Shown here in pieces: positions 58,837-64,000 of a stretch of DNA of 64,000 nt; within the stretch, counting starts at the first letter, position 1; the number at the start of each line of letters is the position of its first letter. The DNA is from Rhodospirillales bacterium (GTDB lineage: Bacteria > Pseudomonadota > Gammaproteobacteria > Steroidobacterales > JAHEKG01), in contig JAHEKG010000001.1 in assembly GCA_024638475.1 (NCBI GenBank), positions 4,504 through 68,503 on the forward strand, written 5' to 3'. The notes beneath the pieces were generated by a model, which was not told the DNA's origin, did no database searches, and worked only from the letters and a program-made list of their open reading frames with translations. A program made the translations under genes and the position numbers.

Positions 58837-59490
58837 ATGCGCATTGTATTGTTAGGGGCGCCGGGTTCCGGCAAAGGCACCCAAGCCAAACGGCTGGAAG
58901 CCGAGTACCGGACGCCGCAGGTATCCACGGGGGACTTGCTGCGGGCGGCCGTCGCCGCCGGCACGCCTCTCGGCAAGCAGGCCAAAGCGGCCATGGATGC
59001 GGGTGACCTGGTGACCGACGAAATCGTGCTCGGCATCATCCGCGAGCGTCTTGCTCAGCCGGATGCGCAAGCGGGGTTTATTCTCGACGGGTTCCCTCGC
59101 AACGCGGCCCAAGCGGAGGCGTTGGAGGCGGTGTTAGCAGAACTCGGGGCACCGCTTGACACCGCGGTGCTGATGGATGTGGATTTCGACATTCTCATGA
59201 AACGGCTAACGGGGCGCCGCACCTGTTCGTTGACGGGCAAGGTGTTGAATGTGTATTTCTCACCACAGGCCGATATCGATGCTTGTATCCGGGCGGGCGG
59301 CGAGCTGATCAAGCGTGATGACGACAATGAGGAGACCATCGGCAATCGGCTTAACGTCTACCAGCAGCAGACGGCCCCACTGATTGAATATTATCGACGG
59401 CAAGGCAAGCTGGTGACAGTGAGTGCCGAAGGCGAGATCGATGCCGTTTACCGTCGCCTAGTTGAATCAATCAAGGGTCTCAGAAGTTAG
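58837..59490 (+). CDS. adk: adenylate kinase
   Basis: 'MRIVLLGAPGSGKGTQA' contains the P-loop, with a GGAGA ribosome-binding site upstream. The track's upstream extension (58762) is unlikely. Confidence 0.95.
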   Translation: MRIVLLGAPGSGKGTQAKRLEAEYRTPQVSTGDLLRAAVAAGTPLGKQAKAAMDAGDLVTDEIVLGIIRERLAQPDAQAGFILDGFPRNAAQAEALEAVLAELGAPLDTAVLMDVDFDILMKRLTGRRTCSLTGKVLNVYFSPQADIDACIRAGGELIKRDDDNEETIGNRLNVYQQQTAPLIEYYRRQGKLVTVSAEGEIDAVYRRLVESIKGLRS

Positions 59491-60570
59491 TAACCCGGCC
59501 GAGTCGAGCAAGCGGTGTCGCCAACCATCTGTTAAGCGTTCCGGCTCCTGTCCACGAAGGAGTTTTTCGAGTTCGCCGCGGGTCGCCAGGATTTCACTGC
59601 GTATGCCGATTTCCTCGGCGAGGTTGCCGACCCGCTGTACCAGGCGCTTGTGTTCGTGGCGTTGGTCAGGTTCCAAAGGACGCGGCACCGCGGGGGTTTC
59701 GGAGGGAGCCGCGATCAGCCCGAGAATACTTTTGCCTTGCTTTGCGACCAGGCCGGCGCCTACGTCTTCAATCGCGCTGAGGTCTTCTCTAGCCTTCGGT
59801 TGGCGCCTCGCAATCTCTAACAGCGCGCGGTCCGCGAGTACCCAGCGACGGGGCCGATTCCTTTCTTGGGCATAAGCTTCGCGCCACAGCACTAGCCGGT
59901 ACGCACGGGCTTGCGCTTCTGCGTCGAGCCGACGGAGCCCCTTCAGCTTGCTGAAAATATGTTTCGGGTTGTCAAACAGCTCGGGATTCAGCAGGCGCTG
60001 ACAATCCTCCACGAACCAAGCCATGCGCCCGCGTTGCTCCAACTCCGCAGCCAGGACTTGCCACAACGGAATGAGATAGCGAACATCGTCGAGCGCGTAG
60101 CGCAACCCGTCCGCCGGTAATGGGCGTTTGGTCCAATCGCGGCGGGAGTTGCTCTTGTCGAGCTTTATCGACAAGCGGCTAGCCACCAGTTCGCCATAGC
60201 CGACCTGCGGCGCCATGCCCAACAATCCCGCGGCGATTTGCGTATCGATGAGCTGTTGTGGCAGCTGACTAAAGGTTTGCCAGAGTATTTCCAGGTCTTG
60301 ACGGCCGCTGTGCATCAGCATGGGCCGTGCCAGCAGTGGGCGGCTCATGGCCTCCAACTCGAGTTCCGCCAAACAATCCACGCAAATCGCCGTGTCGGCA
60401 TCGGAAACCTGTAGCAGGCATAGTTGCGGATAATAGGTCCGTTCGCGGACGAACTCGGTGTCGACGGCAATGGGACCGGACATGAATTCAATGGCTCGCT
60501 CGAGCTGTGCCTGGGTATCGATTAGAAGGTCGTGGGAGGTATCCATACAGTAGTCCGCGCCGTAAGCCAT
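59467..60570 (-). CDS. rnd: ribonuclease D
   Basis: Has the DEDDy exonuclease motifs 'IAVDTEF' and 'YALDDVRYL' followed by an HRDC region. The start could be ATG 60546 instead. Confidence 0.85.
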   Translation of the reverse strand: MAYGADYCMDTSHDLLIDTQAQLERAIEFMSGPIAVDTEFVRERTYYPQLCLLQVSDADTAICVDCLAELELEAMSRPLLARPMLMHSGRQDLEILWQTFSQLPQQLIDTQIAAGLLGMAPQVGYGELVASRLSIKLDKSNSRRDWTKRPLPADGLRYALDDVRYLIPLWQVLAAELEQRGRMAWFVEDCQRLLNPELFDNPKHIFSKLKGLRRLDAEAQARAYRLVLWREAYAQERNRPRRWVLADRALLEIARRQPKAREDLSAIEDVGAGLVAKQGKSILGLIAAPSETPAVPRPLEPDQRHEHKRLVQRVGNLAEEIGIRSEILATRGELEKLLRGQEPERLTDGWRHRLLDSAGLLTSETLD

Positions 60571-60609
60571 GCCAGTAGGCTATCATCACTGGTCCAGTAG
60601 TGGCAGGCG

Positions 60610-61128
60610 GTGCGTGTGTGGCTGTTAGCTAGCACTTTTCTCAATATTGCTTTGCATCGGCGCGGGCCGGAAGATCTGCCAGCCTCACGCTTTCTATTCA
60701 CCATCGCGGTGCTTTGCAATTTTCTGGTTGGCGTCCTATCGGTATCGATCAGGAGTTCGCTAACAGATGCCGTATGGGTAGTCAGCCTGTCCGTGACATT
60801 ATTTCTCGCCTTCGTCGCGGGGATGCTGTCGTTATTCGGTAAATTGAGCCGGTTTTACCAGACCACGACGGCCTACGCGGGCGCAGATACGGTGATCTCC
60901 CTAATGGGCGTGCCTCTGCTACTCTGGATCCAACAGTCTCCCCCGGCGGAGCCGCCGCTGCTGGCCGGGCTGTTGTATTGGTTGCTGATCATTTGGTCAC
61001 TGGAAGTGTTTAGCGATATTCTCAGCCGTAGTCTGGAAGTGGGTCACTGGATAGCCGCCGCGATGGTCATTGCCTATTTTTTATTTAGCTATAGCCTGAG
61101 TTCCTTGGTCTTTACGCCGACAAGCTAG
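60610..61128 (+). CDS. hypothetical polytopic inner-membrane protein
   Basis: 172 aa with four or five hydrophobic helices and a GTG start. No family recognised. Confidence 0.5.
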   Translation: MRVWLLASTFLNIALHRRGPEDLPASRFLFTIAVLCNFLVGVLSVSIRSSLTDAVWVVSLSVTLFLAFVAGMLSLFGKLSRFYQTTTAYAGADTVISLMGVPLLLWIQQSPPAEPPLLAGLLYWLLIIWSLEVFSDILSRSLEVGHWIAAAMVIAYFLFSYSLSSLVFTPTS

Positions 61129-61137
61129 CCCTTACCC

Positions 61138-62532
61138 ATGCGCATTCACATCCTCGGAATCTGCGGCACCTTCATGGGAGGCATTGCGGCGTTGGCTAAG
61201 GAGGCGGGTCACCAGGTATCGGGCTCTGACCAAAACGTCTACCCGCCGATGAGTACCCAACTCAGGAAACTCGGAATTAAGTTGCAAAGCGGCTGGGACG
61301 AAGTCACGTTCGACGACGAGCCGGATTGCGTATTGGTAGGTAACGTCCTGAGCCGTGGTAACCCCGCCGTCGAGCGCCTGTTGGACTCGGGAATCCCATA
61401 CTTCTCGGGTGCGGAGTGGCTTGCGGATCATGTCCTAAGTCAACGTTGGGTCATGGCCGTCGCCGGCACCCATGGCAAGACGACGACTTCCAGCATGTTG
61501 GCTTGGATCCTGGATTATGCTGGCCTTGACCCCGGTTTTCTGATTGGCGGAGTGCCAGCAAATTTCGGGGTTTCGGCGCGTTCCGGTGGTTCAGACTATT
61601 TCGTGGTTGAGGCCGATGAGTACGACACGGCTTTCTTCGATAAACGCGCAAAATTTGTTCACTACCGTCCGCGGACATTGGTAATCAACAATATCGAATT
61701 TGATCACGCGGACATCTATCCTGATATCGAGGCCATTCTCTGGCAATTTCATCAGTTGCTGCGCACGGTGCCAGGTAGGGGATTGGTGACCGCAAAGGCC
61801 GAGGACACCCACATTGCTACACTGCTCGAACGTGGGTTGTGGACGCCAGCAGAGTCGTTTGCACGTGGCACCGGCCCCGAGGCGACATGGACGGGGCAGT
61901 ACGATCTAATCGGGGCGAAGTCGCGATTTTCGCTATTCCATCGTGGCCGGCGCGTTGGCGATACCGACTGGGATTTATTGGGTGACCATAACTTAGAGAA
62001 TGCGCTCGGGGCGATAAGTGCGGCCCACCACGTGGGGGTCGAGCCGGAAACTTCACTGGAAGCCCTTAGCCAATTCCAAGGGGTCAAGCGTCGCTTGGAG
62101 AAACGCGGCGTCTTCAGGGACGTCACGCTGTATGAGGATTTTGCTCATCATCCTACCGCCATCGCCACGACCCTGGCTGCGGTTCGTGGTCGGCATGCAG
62201 ACAAGCGCATCATTGCGATTCTGGAACCCCGCTCCAATACGATGCGTTTGGGCGTACATCGCGATGCGTTGCGTAAGTCATTGGTCGACGCGGACCGGAT
62301 TTTCGTCTTGGATGGCGAGGACTTGGAATGGAGCCCCGACGCCGTTCTAGTCAGTCTGGGCGAAAAGCTGGTCGTTAACCGCGATGTCGAGTCGTTGGTA
62401 GAACTTCTCTGCGACGAACTCACCGCCGGTGACCAAGTCGTAATGATGTCGAACGGCGACTTCCAGGGTCTGCCGCGACTATTGCAACAGGCGCTGAAAA
62501 GTGGCGGTGCGGAAGCGGAGCCCGGGGGATAA
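61138..62532 (+). CDS. mpl: UDP-N-acetylmuramate:L-alanyl-gamma-D-glutamyl-meso-diaminopimelate ligase
   Basis: 'MRIHILGICGTFMGGIAALA' and 'VAGTHGKTTT' show a Mur ligase. The size and N-terminus match Mpl rather than MurC. Confidence 0.9.
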   Translation: MRIHILGICGTFMGGIAALAKEAGHQVSGSDQNVYPPMSTQLRKLGIKLQSGWDEVTFDDEPDCVLVGNVLSRGNPAVERLLDSGIPYFSGAEWLADHVLSQRWVMAVAGTHGKTTTSSMLAWILDYAGLDPGFLIGGVPANFGVSARSGGSDYFVVEADEYDTAFFDKRAKFVHYRPRTLVINNIEFDHADIYPDIEAILWQFHQLLRTVPGRGLVTAKAEDTHIATLLERGLWTPAESFARGTGPEATWTGQYDLIGAKSRFSLFHRGRRVGDTDWDLLGDHNLENALGAISAAHHVGVEPETSLEALSQFQGVKRRLEKRGVFRDVTLYEDFAHHPTAIATTLAAVRGRHADKRIIAILEPRSNTMRLGVHRDALRKSLVDADRIFVLDGEDLEWSPDAVLVSLGEKLVVNRDVESLVELLCDELTAGDQVVMMSNGDFQGLPRLLQQALKSGGAEAEPGG

Positions 62533-62537
62533 TACCT

Positions 62538-63125
62538 ATGGAAGTTGCAGAGGTGCCACTGTTTCCACTGAAGACGGTACTATTTCCCGGCGGTCCGCTG
62601 CCACTGCGGATATTTGAACCTCGTTATCTCGATATGATTAGTTATTGTCTCCGCCACGAGCATGGTTTCGGAGTGGTGTTGATTCGCAAGGGCCAGGAGC
62701 TAGCACCGGCGGAGACCTACGACGTTGGCACCATGGCGGAGATCGTCGATTGGTACCAGGGTAGCGACGGATTGCTGGGCGTCACGGCGCGGGGCCGCGG
62801 CCGGTTCCGCATCGTTTCCGTGCGGGTTCAGGCAGACGGACTCCAAGTCGGCCAGATTGAGCCTCTGGGTCCGGAGCCGAGTCAGCCGCTACCCCAGCTG
62901 TTCGCACCGATGGCCCGAGTACTGAGTGAGATCATCGACGACCTCGGCAGTCACTACCAAGAGTTGGACAAACACTATGAAGATGCTTCCTGGGTGGGCT
63001 ATCGTTTTGCCGAGATACTTCCGGTTCCGGCGGCGCAGCGGCAAACCTACTTGGAAATGAATGATCCGGTCAGGCGATTGGAAATGCTCCGCCCCTTCCT
63101 TAAATTCACCAAGGACGATAGTTGA
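62538..63125 (+). CDS. LON substrate-binding (Lon N-terminal) domain protein
   Basis: '[27 protein letters not shown]' is the canonical LON-domain start. It is 195 aa and has no ATPase or protease domain. Confidence 0.75.
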   Translation: MEVAEVPLFPLKTVLFPGGPLPLRIFEPRYLDMISYCLRHEHGFGVVLIRKGQELAPAETYDVGTMAEIVDWYQGSDGLLGVTARGRGRFRIVSVRVQADGLQVGQIEPLGPEPSQPLPQLFAPMARVLSEIIDDLGSHYQELDKHYEDASWVGYRFAEILPVPAAQRQTYLEMNDPVRRLEMLRPFLKFTKDDS

Positions 63126-63286
63126 AGACCTATATGTGCCTGATCTGTGGCTTCGTCTACGACGAGGCTCAGGGCTTGCCCGAAGAGGGTATCGACCCGG
63201 GCACTCGCTGGGCAGACATCCCGTTGGCTTGGCGATGCCCCGATTGTGGTGCTGGCAAGGAAGACTTCGAGATGGTTGAGGTCTGA
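63122..63286 (+). CDS. rubredoxin (absent from the ORF track because it is under 60 aa)
   Basis: My own translation gives (M)[53 protein letters not shown]. It has both CxxCG knuckles and the conserved aromatic core. The start is TTG 63122, overlapping the upstream TGA, or ATG 63134. The stop TGA is at 63284-63286. Confidence 0.85.
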   Translation: MKTYMCLICGFVYDEAQGLPEEGIDPGTRWADIPLAWRCPDCGAGKEDFEMVEV

Positions 63287-63290
63287 GCGC

Positions 63291-64000
63291 CTACTCGACC
63301 CAGACAAGCTCGGTATCGATTTGGCCGTCGGGTTGCAACCTCAGCCAACGGTAACCCGGCGGTCGATCGTCGAGGGCGAAGTGGTCGGTGTGCGGGCGAA
63401 ACTGCGAGCATGTAGACGGGGTACTCAACATTCGTACCTTCCCACGTAGTCGATCAGACGCTTGGTGGACATGTCCCCAGAGGACGCCAGACACGTTGGG
63501 AAAGCCATCCACCAAGCCCAGGAAGGCTTCCGAATCCTTCAAGCCCACGCCGTCGAGCCAGGCGCTGCCCATGTCGATGGGCTGATGGTGCATCGCAATG
63601 AGCGCATGGCGCTCGCCAAGCAGCTCGAGCTGGTTGGCCAGTTCACACAATGCGTTCGCGCCCAATGCTCCGCCATCGTTGCCGAAGACGAAGGTATCCA
63701 GGAGGATAATTCCCCAGCCACCCATTTCGATAGTCCCCCCGACTTGGAAGGGTGGCTCGGACAAAACGTAGCGCATCAACGCGGGGTCGTCATGGTTGCC
63801 CGGGATGCAGGCGACGTCCACGCCTAGAGGCCGCAACAGGTCACGAAACATTTCGTAGCCGTCACGGCTTTCATCCTGCACGAGGTCGCCGGTGGCGAGC
63901 ACCAGATCGGGCGGCCACTGCGCTTGAGCACGCACGTGCTCCAACACCTGCTTGAGGGTGTCATGGGTATTCACCCCGCGCATCCGACTCTGCCGCGTTG
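63291..64000 (-). CDS. cpdA: 3',5'-cyclic-nucleotide phosphodiesterase, CpdA-like metallophosphoesterase (5' end outside window)
   Basis: Carries the 'VLATGDLVQDES', 'IPGNHDD' and 'MHHQP' metallophosphoesterase motifs. The frame stays open to nt 64000, and the family's N-terminal 'D-x-H' motif is missing from the visible part. Confidence 0.8.
   Translation of the reverse strand, partial: TRQSRMRGVNTHDTLKQVLEHVRAQAQWPPDLVLATGDLVQDESRDGYEMFRDLLRPLGVDVACIPGNHDDPALMRYVLSEPPFQVGGTIEMGGWGIILLDTFVFGNDGGALGANALCELANQLELLGERHALIAMHHQPIDMGSAWLDGVGLKDSEAFLGLVDGFPNVSGVLWGHVHQASDRLRGKVRMLSTPSTCSQFRPHTDHFALDDRPPGYRWLRLQPDGQIDTELVWVE

Overview
A 64 kb, GC-rich (about 60% by eye) stretch of what looks like a gammaproteobacterial chromosome. 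It is almost entirely core and housekeeping genes packed tightly on both strands. I can support 58 protein-coding genes, two of them cut by the window edges (lhr at the left, cpdA at the right). One is a rubredoxin gene too short to appear in the ORF track. There is also one tRNA (anticodon CAT), a few intrinsic terminators, one sigma70-like and one sigma32-like promoter, two NrdR-box palindromes, and two simple-sequence features.

Recognisable blocks:
- the macromolecular-synthesis operon rpsU-yqeY-dnaG-rpoD, with divergent tsaD-folB-folK
- a TRAP transporter heading a long same-strand gene string that ends in two c-type cytochromes
- a four-gene operon of an FMN glutamate-synthase-like protein, a ThDP enzyme, an aldehyde dehydrogenase and a malic enzyme
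- split class II ribonucleotide reductase genes (nrdJa/nrdJb)
- hsp20-degP
- waaA/tolC
- a pyrophosphate module (pfp-hppA, with adk divergent)
- rnd, mpl and cca

I saw no rRNA, CRISPR array, transposase, integrase or prophage genes. I also saw no hallmark domains of known defence, secretion or toxin-antitoxin systems. I therefore cannot honestly claim a new multi-gene system here.

The best leads for unknown biology are:
- a low-GC orphan islet next to the tRNA
- the uncharacterised four-gene oxoacid operon
- the translationally coupled TRAP-DUF2461-VOC-reductase string
- a lipoprotein S41 peptidase whose mature N-terminus is a 17-glycine tether encoded by a perfect (GGTGGC)8 repeat
- the nrdJ split junction and its unusual NrdR-box layout

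All functional calls come from reading motifs in the supplied translations and from remembered family knowledge. No searches or computations were run.
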